The position numbers and the translations under genes were made by a program. The notes under the pieces are model-generated. The model was not told the origin of the DNA. It worked only from the letters and a program-made list of their open reading frames with translations, and ran no database searches. Below are positions 1-9,329 of a stretch of DNA of 64,000 bases, piece by piece. Position 1 is the first letter of the stretch, and each line of letters starts with the position of its first letter. Origin of the DNA: an uncultured Candidatus Binatia bacterium. Lineage in GTDB: Bacteria > Desulfobacterota > Binatia > UBA9968 > JAJDTQ01. The stretch covers positions 576,001 to 640,000 of the forward strand of contig OZ244070.1 of NCBI GenBank assembly GCA_965215605.1. Direction: 5' to 3'.

Positions 1-517
1 GGTCCACAGCCTCATCCTTTCGGGCTCCGGACCCGGCACTTCCTACGACGGCCAGTACTATGAGCGCGGCGTCCCCTACCCCACGGCCGTGGAGATGGCC
101 GAGAAAGGCCATACGCAATACATGGAAGACCACTTCGGCGGCAGCTTCATGTTCCCGCCCGAGTTCGTCCGTGACCACCCGGACAAGGTGCAACGGTTCC
201 GGGAGGTCAACATGACCTACTTCACCCCGCTGCGGCCCTACCTCCGGCACGTCGTGGCCCGCCAGGAACACGAGACCCGCCACCTGCTGGACCGCATCCA
301 ATGCCCCACGCTGGTCATCTGCGGCGCGGGCGATACCGTGGACGCGGCCACCGGCAGCCACGTGGAGTCATCGAAGGTGCTGGCCGAGGGCATCGCCGGC
401 GCCGAGCTCAAGCTGGTGGAAGGCGGCAACCACGGCTACCTGCGCCAAATGCCGGATGTGGCCAACGGCCACTTCCTGGAATTCCTGAAGCGGCATCCCA
501 TGGACAAGGGAGAATAG
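1..517 (+). CDS. alpha/beta hydrolase, 5'-truncated by window edge
   Basis: Frame is open from base 2 (VHSLILSGSG...). C-terminal I-x-C-P-T-L-V-I-x-G-x-x-D and GGNHG (catalytic His) pattern is typical of alpha/beta hydrolases. Confidence 0.8.
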   Translation, partial: VHSLILSGSGPGTSYDGQYYERGVPYPTAVEMAEKGHTQYMEDHFGGSFMFPPEFVRDHPDKVQRFREVNMTYFTPLRPYLRHVVARQEHETRHLLDRIQCPTLVICGAGDTVDAATGSHVESSKVLAEGIAGAELKLVEGGNHGYLRQMPDVANGHFLEFLKRHPMDKGE

Positions 518-555
518 CCGAAGAACCAAGGACCTGAACGGAAAGGAGTTGTGAT

Positions 556-2097
556 ATGAGCGACGGAAGAAAACGGATCAGCCGGCGGGACGTGCTCAAG
601 GGCGGCGCGGCCCTGGGGGCCGCGGCCCTGATAAATCCCTCGCTGGGACAGTTCGCGTACGCGGCGTCCAAGGACCGCGTGATCGTGTACAACGCCAGCA
701 ACATGGACAACCTTCACCCCTACGACCACAGCAGCGGCGCCATATACGGCCAGTGGCAGCACATGCTGGAGCCGCTGGTGGAGTTCGACTATTCACAGGC
801 CAAGTTCGTCGGACGGCTGGCGGAGTCGTGGGAGTTCCGGGGCAAGGAGTGGGAGTTCAAGCTGCGCAAGGGCGTCAAGTTCCACGATGGCAGCCCCCTC
901 ACCTCCGCGGACGTGGCGTTCTCCATCGACCGGATGAAGAACGACAAGCGGAGCCTGCAGCGGCGCTCGTTCCGCAACGTCCAGGAGGTGCAGACGCCGG
1001 ACGAGCACACGGTCGTCGTCATCACCAAGAAACCTTCGGTCACCTTCCTTTCCCGGGGCGTCCGCAACCGCTTCATCATGAGCAAGACCGTGGCGGACAA
1101 GTACGGCAAGGACGTGGACAAGCACCCCACCGGCACGGGCCCCTACAAGTTCGTCAGCTTCAAGCGTGACGGGGACCTGGTGCTGACGCGGAACGACGAC
1201 TACTGGGGCGAGAAGCCGGCCATCAAGGAGCTGGTGTGGCGCAAGGTGGTGGAGGTCAACTCCCGCATGGCCGGACTCCAGGCAGGGCAGTGCGACGTCA
1301 TGGACCGGGTGCCGGTGCACGAGGTGGAGCGGATCAACCGCCACTCCCGGGTCTCGGTGCGCAGCGTACCGGGCCTGCGGATCTATTTCTTCGCGTTGAA
1401 CGTCAACTTCAAGCCCTGGGACAACAAGCTCGTGCGCCAGGCCGCCAACTACTGTGTGGACGCGGACGCCATCGTCAAGAACATCTTCGGCGGCAACGGC
1501 GAGGTGCTTCAGGGACCCGTGGGACCCCGCGTATACGGGTACAACCCCGACCTCAAGCGCTACCCCTATGACCCCAGGAAGGCAAAGGAGCTGCTGGCCA
1601 AGGCCGGATATCCCGACGGCGTGGACGTGAAGCTGCACTACTCGCCGGGCAAGTACGCGAAGGACACCGAGTTGGTGCAGGTGGTGGCCAGCCAGATGTC
1701 CAAGGGCGGCTTCCGGGTGGAGATCGTGCCGCAGGAATGGGTGGTCTTCTGGGGCCGCGATGGCGTCAACGGCGGCAAGAGCCCCTTCTACTACATCGGC
1801 AGGGGCAGCGTGCTGGACACCGACACGCCGCTGTACCAGTACTTCCGCACCGGCGGCTCCAAGCGCACCAACTTCAGCAACGCCGAATTCGACGCGCTGG
1901 TGGATGCGGAGCAGGCCGAGCCGGACGACGCCAAGCGGTTGAAGATCCTCCAGAAGATGAACGCGGTCATCATGGAGGAAGCCCCGATGATCCCGTTGTA
2001 CCAGCTCTTGGACCACTACGGAGCGGCCCGCAACCTCGTGTGGACGCCGCGTCCGGACGAGAAGATCCTGCTGGAGGACATGGACGTCAAGGTCTGA
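556..2097 (+). CDS. ABC transporter substrate-binding protein, family 5 (peptide/nickel type), Tat-exported
   Basis: SRRDVLK twin-arginine signal, LRKGVKFHDGSPLTSADVAFS signature, PTGTGPYKF motif; AGGAG RBS upstream. Confidence 0.9.
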   Translation: MSDGRKRISRRDVLKGGAALGAAALINPSLGQFAYAASKDRVIVYNASNMDNLHPYDHSSGAIYGQWQHMLEPLVEFDYSQAKFVGRLAESWEFRGKEWEFKLRKGVKFHDGSPLTSADVAFSIDRMKNDKRSLQRRSFRNVQEVQTPDEHTVVVITKKPSVTFLSRGVRNRFIMSKTVADKYGKDVDKHPTGTGPYKFVSFKRDGDLVLTRNDDYWGEKPAIKELVWRKVVEVNSRMAGLQAGQCDVMDRVPVHEVERINRHSRVSVRSVPGLRIYFFALNVNFKPWDNKLVRQAANYCVDADAIVKNIFGGNGEVLQGPVGPRVYGYNPDLKRYPYDPRKAKELLAKAGYPDGVDVKLHYSPGKYAKDTELVQVVASQMSKGGFRVEIVPQEWVVFWGRDGVNGGKSPFYYIGRGSVLDTDTPLYQYFRTGGSKRTNFSNAEFDALVDAEQAEPDDAKRLKILQKMNAVIMEEAPMIPLYQLLDHYGAARNLVWTPRPDEKILLEDMDVKV

Positions 2098-2117
2098 TCG
2101 CCCATCTTCAGCGACCT

Positions 2118-2160
2118 GAAAACAGCCGCGTCGGAGATCCGGCGCGGCTGTTCCTTTTTC
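2118..2160. terminator. intrinsic terminator between convergent genes, possibly bidirectional
   Basis: AACAGCCGCG (2121-2130) pairs with CGCGGCTGTT (2143-2152), with inner TCGG/CCGG and an AGAT loop. T-rich tail on + strand, A-run on the left side. Confidence 0.8.
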
Positions 2161-2177
2161 CGGCGGAAACGAAACCC

Positions 2178-3848
2178 TCAGGCTTCGTAAACCACCTCTC
2201 CTCCCACAAGGGTCCGCTCCACCGGGATGTTGCGGATCTCCCACGGGTCCACCGTCAGGGGGTTGTCCCCCAGCACCACCAGGTCGGCCAGCTTGCCCAC
2301 GGTGATGGAGCCCTTGATGCCTTCCTCGAAGGCCGCGTAGGCGGCGTTGATGGTGTAGGCGCGGAGACCCTCCATGGGAGTGATGCGCTCGTTCTCGCCC
2401 AGCACCACGCCCGCCCGGGTCTTGCGGTTCACCGCGCACCAGATGCCGAAGAGCGGATCGGTGGCGAAAAGCGGGTCCTTGGGCAGCGCGATGGGGGTAT
2501 CGGAATGGGCCACCGTGACCACGCCCAGATCGATGGCGGTGCGCATGGGGTCCAGCCGCTGCGCCCGCTCCATGCCGAGAAAATCATGGATGTGGCGGTC
2601 GCCCCAGTACCAGAGATGGTGCGGGTAGAACGACGCGATGACACCCAGGCGGCTCATGCGCTGCAGCGCCTCACGTGTGACCCCCTGGCAGTGCTCGATG
2701 CGGTGGCGCGGGTCGGGACGGGGGGCCTCGTTCATGGCGTTCTCCACCGCGTCCAGGGCCACGTCCACGCCGCGGTCGCCCTGGGCGTGGATGGCCACCT
2801 GGTAGCCCTTGCCGTGGGCCTCCCGCACCAGCTTCTTCTGGTCCTCGGGCGCGTACTGGAGCACGCCGCGCGGATCCTTGGTGGGATCGTCGGTGTCGCT
2901 GGTGATGTAGGGGTCGTAGAAGGCGCAGGTGTGCACCTGGATGGAGCCGTCGCTGCAGGTCTTGACCGCGCCCAACCGGAGCCAGTCCGAGCCGAAGCCC
3001 GTGCGGAGCCCCAGGTCCCTCTCCAGATAGAAGCGCTTGTAGGGCAGGTCGTGGATCATCAGGTAGACCCGCACCTTGAGCCGTCCCTCATCGATGGTCT
3101 CCTGGTAGGCCCGGTAGTAGTCGGGCGTGTCGCCGGTGCCGGCGTCGTGGGTGGAGGTGATGCCCACCGAGTTGTACTCGCGGCCCGCCAGTTCCACGCC
3201 GTCCTTGAGCTGTCGTAGCGTGGGATGCGGCACCAGGTTGTTCACCGGCCGGGCCGCGGCCTTCTCCCGCAGCACCCCGGTGAGCTTGCCCGTGCGCGGG
3301 TCCCGGTCCATGTGGCCGCCCTCGGGCTGGGGCGTGTCGTCGTCGATGCCGGCGAGCTTCAGCGCCGCGCTGTTGGCCATCCACACGTGGGACGAACGGT
3401 AGGTCATGACCAGCGGGTTGTCCGGGGCCGCGCTGTCCAGTTCGGCGAGCGTGGGCCAGCGCTTCTCGGCGACGGCAGTATGTTCGTAGCCCTGGGCCTC
3501 GATCCACTCCCCCTTGGGGGTCGTGGCGGCGCGCTCGCGGATGCGCGCGAGGACGTCTTCGATGGAGTTGTTGGGCGGGGTGCGCACGTTCACCATCCCC
3601 AGGCGGATGCCGAAGGACATGAAGTGGGTGTGGGGCTCGATGAACCCGGGCAGCACGGTCTTGCGGCCGCAGTCGATGACCCGCGTGTTCCGGCCGGCGC
3701 ACTGCCGCGCCTCGTCGTTGCTTCCCACGTACAGGATGCGGTCGCCCTTGAGGGCTACCGCCTCGGCCGTGGGATTCGCGTCATCCATCGTGATGACGGT
3801 GCCGTTGACGAGGATCGTATCCGCGTAGAGACTCTCCGGCAGCGCCAT
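2178..3848 (-). CDS. amidohydrolase family 3 (YtcJ-like)
   Basis: Start MALPESLYADTILVNG at 3848 with GGAGG RBS. PGFIEPHTH, DGSIQVHT, HAQGD, RIEHC and GSITVGKLADLVVL motifs. Confidence 0.9.
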   Translation of the reverse strand: MALPESLYADTILVNGTVITMDDANPTAEAVALKGDRILYVGSNDEARQCAGRNTRVIDCGRKTVLPGFIEPHTHFMSFGIRLGMVNVRTPPNNSIEDVLARIRERAATTPKGEWIEAQGYEHTAVAEKRWPTLAELDSAAPDNPLVMTYRSSHVWMANSAALKLAGIDDDTPQPEGGHMDRDPRTGKLTGVLREKAAARPVNNLVPHPTLRQLKDGVELAGREYNSVGITSTHDAGTGDTPDYYRAYQETIDEGRLKVRVYLMIHDLPYKRFYLERDLGLRTGFGSDWLRLGAVKTCSDGSIQVHTCAFYDPYITSDTDDPTKDPRGVLQYAPEDQKKLVREAHGKGYQVAIHAQGDRGVDVALDAVENAMNEAPRPDPRHRIEHCQGVTREALQRMSRLGVIASFYPHHLWYWGDRHIHDFLGMERAQRLDPMRTAIDLGVVTVAHSDTPIALPKDPLFATDPLFGIWCAVNRKTRAGVVLGENERITPMEGLRAYTINAAYAAFEEGIKGSITVGKLADLVVLGDNPLTVDPWEIRNIPVERTLVGGEVVYEA

Positions 3849-3850
3849 CC

Positions 3851-5443
3851 CTACCCCTCCTTCTTTCCGGGACCGTAGACCACCCGGCCGGGCCGGGCGC
3901 CGGTATGGTCGCCGTTCTCGATGACCATCCGGCCGTTGACGAACACGTACTCGACGCCCTTGGGGTACTGCTTGGGGTCCTCGAAGGTGGCCTGGTCCGC
4001 CACCGTGTCGGGATCGAACACCACCACGTCGGCCCAATAGCCTTCCCGGAGCAGCCCCCGGTCCTTGAGGCCCAGCACCTGGGCCGGCAGCGAGGTCATC
4101 TTGCGCACCGCGTCGGGCAGGGCCAGCACCTTCTCGTCGCGCACGTAGCGGCCCAACACCCGCACGTTGGTGCCGAAGCTGCGCGGGTGCGGCATGCCGC
4201 GGGACTTGAGGTTGAGGGCGCTGCCGTCGGAGCCGATGGAGATCCAGGGCACCTGCATGACGTCCTGCACGTCCTGCTCCCGCAGGGTGTGGTGGATGCC
4301 GTGGATGAAGATGCCCTCGCCGTAGATCAGGTCGAAGCAGGTGCTGGCGGGGTCCTGGCCGCGTATCTCCGCGATCTGGGCGATGGTCTTCCCCTCCCAC
4401 GCGTGGTGCTCGGGCTTGTCCAGACGCGCCGCCACGATGCCCTCCCAGCCGCCGTGCTCGCTGACGTACTGGGTGAACTCGGGATCGTCCATGACCCGCT
4501 GGCGGAACGACGGGCTCATGAACTCGCCGATGGTCTCCTGCACCGGCGCGTCCTGCACCCAGCGCGGGAACAGCCGCCGCCACGGATGCTGCATGGCGGT
4601 ATAGGGATACTGGTTGGCGGTGACGTCCAGGCCCTCCCGCCGGGCCTCCTCGATCTGTTCCACCACCTGCATCACCCGCCCCCAATTCTCCTTGGAACGC
4701 ATTTTCAGATGGTAGACGTGGATGGGGATGCCGGCTTCGCGTCCGACCTTCAAGGCCTTCTCCAACTCCTCCATGATGTCGAAGCCCTCGCTGCCCAGGT
4801 GCACGCCGTAGTAGCCGCCGTACTGCCGCACCACCCGGGCCATGGAGACCACCTCGTCCGGGTACTCCGGCCCCTTGGCGTGCCACGCGGCTGTCAGCCC
4901 CAAGGCCCCCTGCTCCATGGCCTGGGCCACGTAGCCGTTCATGCGCTCCTGCTCTTCCGCGCTGGCGGGGCGTTCCCCGAAGCCCACCACCACCCGCTTG
5001 ACCTGCTGCGGCGACACGCCCGAAGCCACGTTCATGGAGATGCCGCCGGCCGCGAGCCGGTCGAAGTACTCGCTGAACGTGCTCCAGTCCGCCTCGATGC
5101 CGTTCCGGTGGCGGTGCTCGGCCACGTATTCCTCGAACACCGGCCCCACCAGCGGCGCCACGGTCTGGCTCTCGCCGATGATGTCCAGGGTCACCCCCTG
5201 GCGGATCTTGCTCTCGCCGTTGCCGTCCGCGATCAGCGGCTGGTCGCTGTGGGTGTGCATGTCGATGTAGCCCGGAGTCACCATCTTGCCCCGGACGTCG
5301 ATGGAGCGCGCGCCCGAGCCTGGGTCCAGCCTGCCCATGGCCGCGATCCGGCCGTCCTTGATGGCCAGATCGCCGTAGTACCAAGGGTTGCCGGCGCCGT
5401 CGATGATGGCGCCGCCGTGAAGCACGGTATCGAAAATCGCCAT
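3851..5443 (-). CDS. N-acyl-D-amino-acid deacylase family amidohydrolase
   Basis: Start MAIFDTVLHGG; PGYIDMHTHSD, GSDG...HPRSFGT and RGLLREGYWADVVVFDP motifs. Confidence 0.88.
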   Translation of the reverse strand: MAIFDTVLHGGAIIDGAGNPWYYGDLAIKDGRIAAMGRLDPGSGARSIDVRGKMVTPGYIDMHTHSDQPLIADGNGESKIRQGVTLDIIGESQTVAPLVGPVFEEYVAEHRHRNGIEADWSTFSEYFDRLAAGGISMNVASGVSPQQVKRVVVGFGERPASAEEQERMNGYVAQAMEQGALGLTAAWHAKGPEYPDEVVSMARVVRQYGGYYGVHLGSEGFDIMEELEKALKVGREAGIPIHVYHLKMRSKENWGRVMQVVEQIEEARREGLDVTANQYPYTAMQHPWRRLFPRWVQDAPVQETIGEFMSPSFRQRVMDDPEFTQYVSEHGGWEGIVAARLDKPEHHAWEGKTIAQIAEIRGQDPASTCFDLIYGEGIFIHGIHHTLREQDVQDVMQVPWISIGSDGSALNLKSRGMPHPRSFGTNVRVLGRYVRDEKVLALPDAVRKMTSLPAQVLGLKDRGLLREGYWADVVVFDPDTVADQATFEDPKQYPKGVEYVFVNGRMVIENGDHTGARPGRVVYGPGKKEG

Positions 5444-5672
5444 GATGAAGGTTCCTCTCTGTGCGGATGGATCCGGTGTGAATGAGCGTTCTGCGGTGCG
5501 CGCCTTATAGCATTCCTGCCATCGGGACACAACGTGGAGTGGGGTTGACTTTGTGCGGCCAATGTTGGGACACTAGTGTCCTGTCCGTTTCCCTGCCAAT
5601 CTCGCGCCCCGTGAGTCAATGCCAGCGCGAACCGGCGCATTGATGAGGCCCGCAACCAAAGGAGGTCCTACC

Positions 5673-7325
5673 ATGGCCGAAGAACAGTTATATGGCGACA
5701 ACCCCATCGCCCAGCGGCAGACCGACCAGTACAAGCGCGAATACGTGCACAGCTTCGTCCGGAAGTGGGACGAGCTCATCGACTGGGACGCCAGAGCCGC
5801 CAGCGAAGGAGACTTTTTCATCAACATCCTGAAGGAACGCGGCGTGGAGCGTGTGCTGGACGTGGCCACGGGAACGGGGTTCCACTCCATCCGGCTCCTG
5901 AAGGCCGGTTTCGACGTCACCAGCGTGGACGGCAGCCCTGAAATGCTGGCTCAAGCCTTCGAGAACGCCAGGGAGCAGGGCTTCATCATGAAGACCCTTC
6001 ACGCCGACTGGCGGTGGTTGAGCCGCGACGTCCATACCCAATACGACGCGGTCATCTGCTTGGGAAACTCGCTGACCCATCTGTTCTCGGAGCAGGATCG
6101 CCGGAAGGCTCTCGCGGAGTTCTACTCGGTGCTGGAGCATGACGGCGTTCTGGTCCTGGACCAACGGAACTACGACGACATCCTCGACGATGGGTTCACC
6201 TCCAAGCACATCTACTACTACTGCGGCGACAACGTCAGCGCCGCGCCCGAGTACGTGGACGAAGGGCTGGCCCGGTTCCGGTACGAGTTTCCGGACAATT
6301 CGGTTTTCCACCTGAACATGTTTCCCCTGCGCAAGGACTACGTCCGGAAGCTCATGGGGGAAGTCGGGTTCCAGCAAGTGAAGACGTTCGCCGACTTCCA
6401 GGAGACCCACCGGGTAGAAGACCCGGATTTCTTCATCCACGTGGCGGAGAAGCTCTACAAGAACGAGGAACGGGTCGCCAGGATCACTTCAGGAGCCAGC
6501 TACTCCCAGACGGTGGAGACGGCACGGGACTACTACAACAGCAACGACGCCGACCGCTTCTATGCCACGGTGTGGGGCGGCGAAGACATTCATGTCGGCC
6601 TCTACGAAGGCGAGGGCGATACCATCTTCGACGCCAGCCGGCGGACGGTGAATCGAATGGCGTCCATGATCGACGGGCTGGAGTCGACCACCCGTGTACT
6701 GGACATCGGCTCCGGGTACGGCGGCTCGGCCCGATACCTGGTCGAGAACTACGGCTGCCACGTCGGCTGTCTGAACCTGAGCGAGGTGCAGAACGCCCGG
6801 AACCGCGACCTCAACGGCCGCAAGAAGTGCTCCCTGGCCATCAACGTGGTGGACGGAAGCTTCGAGCAAATACCCATGCCCGACGACAGCGTGGACGTGG
6901 TGTGGTCGCAGGATGCCATCCTGCACAGCGGCAACCGGCGGCAGGTGTTCGAGGAGGTCGACCGGGTCCTTGCCAAGGGCGGACAGTTCATCTTCACCGA
7001 TCCCATGCAACGCGAGGATTGCCCCGCGGATGTGCTGCAGCCCATCCTGGACCGGATTCACCTGGATTCCCTGGGGTCGGTCCCCCAATACCGGACCATG
7101 CTTTCGAGCCTGGGCTTCGAAGAACTGGAGTTTGTCGACCTCACGCCGCAGCTCGCCACCCACTACGCGCGGGTCCTCGACGAGGTACAGGCCAATCATT
7201 GGGACCTGCTGAAGGTGTGCAGCGCCGAGTACATCGAGCGGATGAAGGCCGGTCTGCAACACTGGGTGGACGGCGGCAACGGAGGCCATCTCCAATGGGG
7301 GATTCTCCATTTCCGGAAAGTGTGA
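5673..7325 (+). CDS. fused glycine/sarcosine N-methyltransferase + sarcosine/dimethylglycine N-methyltransferase (glycine betaine synthesis by methylation)
   Basis: GGAGG RBS at 5661. N-domain has FVRKWDELIDW, LDVATGTG, CLGNS and DQRNYD (GSMT-type). C-domain has YYNSNDADRFY..WGGEDIHVG, LDIGSGYGG and WSQDAILH (SDMT-type). Confidence 0.9.
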   Translation: MAEEQLYGDNPIAQRQTDQYKREYVHSFVRKWDELIDWDARAASEGDFFINILKERGVERVLDVATGTGFHSIRLLKAGFDVTSVDGSPEMLAQAFENAREQGFIMKTLHADWRWLSRDVHTQYDAVICLGNSLTHLFSEQDRRKALAEFYSVLEHDGVLVLDQRNYDDILDDGFTSKHIYYYCGDNVSAAPEYVDEGLARFRYEFPDNSVFHLNMFPLRKDYVRKLMGEVGFQQVKTFADFQETHRVEDPDFFIHVAEKLYKNEERVARITSGASYSQTVETARDYYNSNDADRFYATVWGGEDIHVGLYEGEGDTIFDASRRTVNRMASMIDGLESTTRVLDIGSGYGGSARYLVENYGCHVGCLNLSEVQNARNRDLNGRKKCSLAINVVDGSFEQIPMPDDSVDVVWSQDAILHSGNRRQVFEEVDRVLAKGGQFIFTDPMQREDCPADVLQPILDRIHLDSLGSVPQYRTMLSSLGFEELEFVDLTPQLATHYARVLDEVQANHWDLLKVCSAEYIERMKAGLQHWVDGGNGGHLQWGILHFRKV

Positions 7326-7337
7326 TGGGCGGACCCC

Positions 7338-8189
7338 ATGAAGGAGAATCCTGCGGAGGGCCGCTATGCCGCGGCCGTGGAATCGGTCAGAAGCTACTAC
7401 AACAGCGATGACGTGCGCCGGATCTACGACGCCTCGTACGGCGAAGAGCACCTGCATCTCGGCATCTACGAGAACGACGAGGACACGGTAGACGAAGCCG
7501 GCCAGCGGACCGTGGAGTGGATCGCCTCCATGATCCACGAACTGGGCCCGGGCACCCGCGTGCTGGACATCGGCGCCGGCCATGGCGGGTCCGCCCGGTT
7601 CCTGTTCCGTGAATACGGCTGCCACGTGGCATGCCTCAACCTGAGCGAGGTCCAGAACGCGCGCAACCGGGATCTCAATGCCAGAGACAAGTGCTCTCTG
7701 GCCATCAACGTGGTGGACGGAAGCTTCGAAGACATCCCGGTTACGGACGAGAGCTTCGACGTGGTGTGGTCCCAGGACGCGATCCTGCACAGCACCCGGC
7801 GACGGCAGGTATTCGCCGAAGTCGCCAGGGTGCTGTGCAAGGGCGGACAGTTCATCCTTACCGACCCCATGCAGGGCGAACTCTGCCCTCCCGAAGCCCT
7901 GCAACCCATCCTCGACCGTGTCCACCTCGATTCCCTGGGATCCCTTCGGGAGTACCGGGCGGTGACGTCAGAGCTGGGTCTTCAGGAGATGGAGTTCACC
8001 GACCTCACGCCCCACCTCGCCATCCACTACGGGCGGATCCTCGATGGATTGCTCGCCAATGAGCAGGAACTGTCGGAGCAGTGCGGCGCCCATCATGTCC
8101 AACGCGTGAAGACCGGTCTGCGGCACTGGGTGGACGGCGGAAAGCGGCGCCACCTGCAGTGGGGAATCCTGCACTTCCGGAAAGCCTGA
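7338..8189 (+). CDS. SDMT-like SAM-dependent methyltransferase, tandem paralogue of the upstream C-terminal domain
   Basis: Collinear with the upstream C-domain; shares LNLSEVQNARNRDLN, KCSLAINVVDGSFE, WSQDAILH and LQWGILHFRK. Confidence 0.85.
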   Translation: MKENPAEGRYAAAVESVRSYYNSDDVRRIYDASYGEEHLHLGIYENDEDTVDEAGQRTVEWIASMIHELGPGTRVLDIGAGHGGSARFLFREYGCHVACLNLSEVQNARNRDLNARDKCSLAINVVDGSFEDIPVTDESFDVVWSQDAILHSTRRRQVFAEVARVLCKGGQFILTDPMQGELCPPEALQPILDRVHLDSLGSLREYRAVTSELGLQEMEFTDLTPHLAIHYGRILDGLLANEQELSEQCGAHHVQRVKTGLRHWVDGGKRRHLQWGILHFRKA

Positions 8190-8224
8190 CGGCGGCCGAA
8201 AGTGCAGACACCACCCTGACTCTC

Positions 8225-9295
8225 CTACCACCCCACCGGGCTTGCCAGCCGGCCGCCGATCTCCGGCGAGTCCGCGGCGTAGCGGTAGACCCGGAACATG
8301 CTGTTGGCCGGGCCGCGGCCTTCGTAGTCGGCGAAGAACGGGCAGACGTACTCCCAGACGATCTCGCCCGCCTGGGTGACCTCGAAGGCCCGTCCCATCT
8401 GCCCCTCGCAGATCAGGGTGTTGCCGTTGTCGAAGCGCTGGGCGCCGCTGATGTTGGGGCTGAAGAAGCTCCAGATGGGCGAGCCCTTGTAGTGCCAGAC
8501 GGTGTCGCCCGACTCCGGATCGAGCTCGATGACCCGGGAATGCGGGTTGTCGATGCAATGGATGCCGTTGGCGAAGAGCAGGATGTTGCCGTTGGGCAGC
8601 ACCTGGCAGTCGTGTTGATGGCCCCACGTGACGTCCTGGTGAGCCCAGCGCGTCTCGCAGGTCTCGCGGTCGATCATCATGATGGCGTTGAGGCGCCGGA
8701 AACTGAGCATCACGCCGCCGTCGTCGAGGGGGAAGCAGGCGTTGGCGTGGGCGAATTCATCCCTGCCGCAGCAGTGGCAGATCTCCCATCGGTCCAGGTC
8801 CAGGTCGCGCCAGGCGTGCCATTCCCATACTGTCTCGCCCGCGGGAGAGATCTCCCTCACGTAGTCGCCGTAGGTGACGCCTTCGTGCTCGCTGCCGGGC
8901 TGGCCGCCCCTGATCCGAGCCTGGACATCCGCGGGCACCGGTTCCCAGCCGATGTAGATGGTGCTGCCGTCCGGGCGACGTCGGAAGTCGTGGTGCTGGC
9001 CCGGGTCACAGTACTCCCACACCACGTCCCCGTCCCAGTTGTATTCCCGCAGCAGGCCGCCCTTGCCGCGCCGGAGCGGCGGACCCTCTTCCATGCGGCC
9101 GGCCCAGAGCAGGTTGCCGTTGGGCAGGAGGTAGGCGTAGTTCCCAGGACACAGGGGGAACGACCACTCGTGGAGCACCTCGCCGCGCATCCCGATGATG
9201 TACGCCTTGGTTGACGACTGGGGCACGATCAGCGTGTAGCCCGGCGTCGCCTTCGCATTGTCGTAGACCAGCACACCCAAGTCACGGTGTCTCAT
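8225..9295 (-). CDS. arylsulfotransferase (ASST)-family beta-propeller protein
   Basis: HHDF, HANA, HQHD motifs; repeated LPNGNLL/ILL blades; SGAQRFDNGNTLICEG; GGAGG RBS. Confidence 0.8.
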   Translation of the reverse strand: MRHRDLGVLVYDNAKATPGYTLIVPQSSTKAYIIGMRGEVLHEWSFPLCPGNYAYLLPNGNLLWAGRMEEGPPLRRGKGGLLREYNWDGDVVWEYCDPGQHHDFRRRPDGSTIYIGWEPVPADVQARIRGGQPGSEHEGVTYGDYVREISPAGETVWEWHAWRDLDLDRWEICHCCGRDEFAHANACFPLDDGGVMLSFRRLNAIMMIDRETCETRWAHQDVTWGHQHDCQVLPNGNILLFANGIHCIDNPHSRVIELDPESGDTVWHYKGSPIWSFFSPNISGAQRFDNGNTLICEGQMGRAFEVTQAGEIVWEYVCPFFADYEGRGPANSMFRVYRYAADSPEIGGRLASPVGW

Positions 9296-9329
9296 TGAAC
9301 CTCCTGTCCTTTATGAACGGAATCGCGAT

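Noticed and set aside
3849-5384. 1068-aa amidohydrolase 'fusion' in the ORF track
   Set aside because: The N-terminal half is a low-complexity alternate frame over the deacylase gene; the real start with RBS is at 3848.
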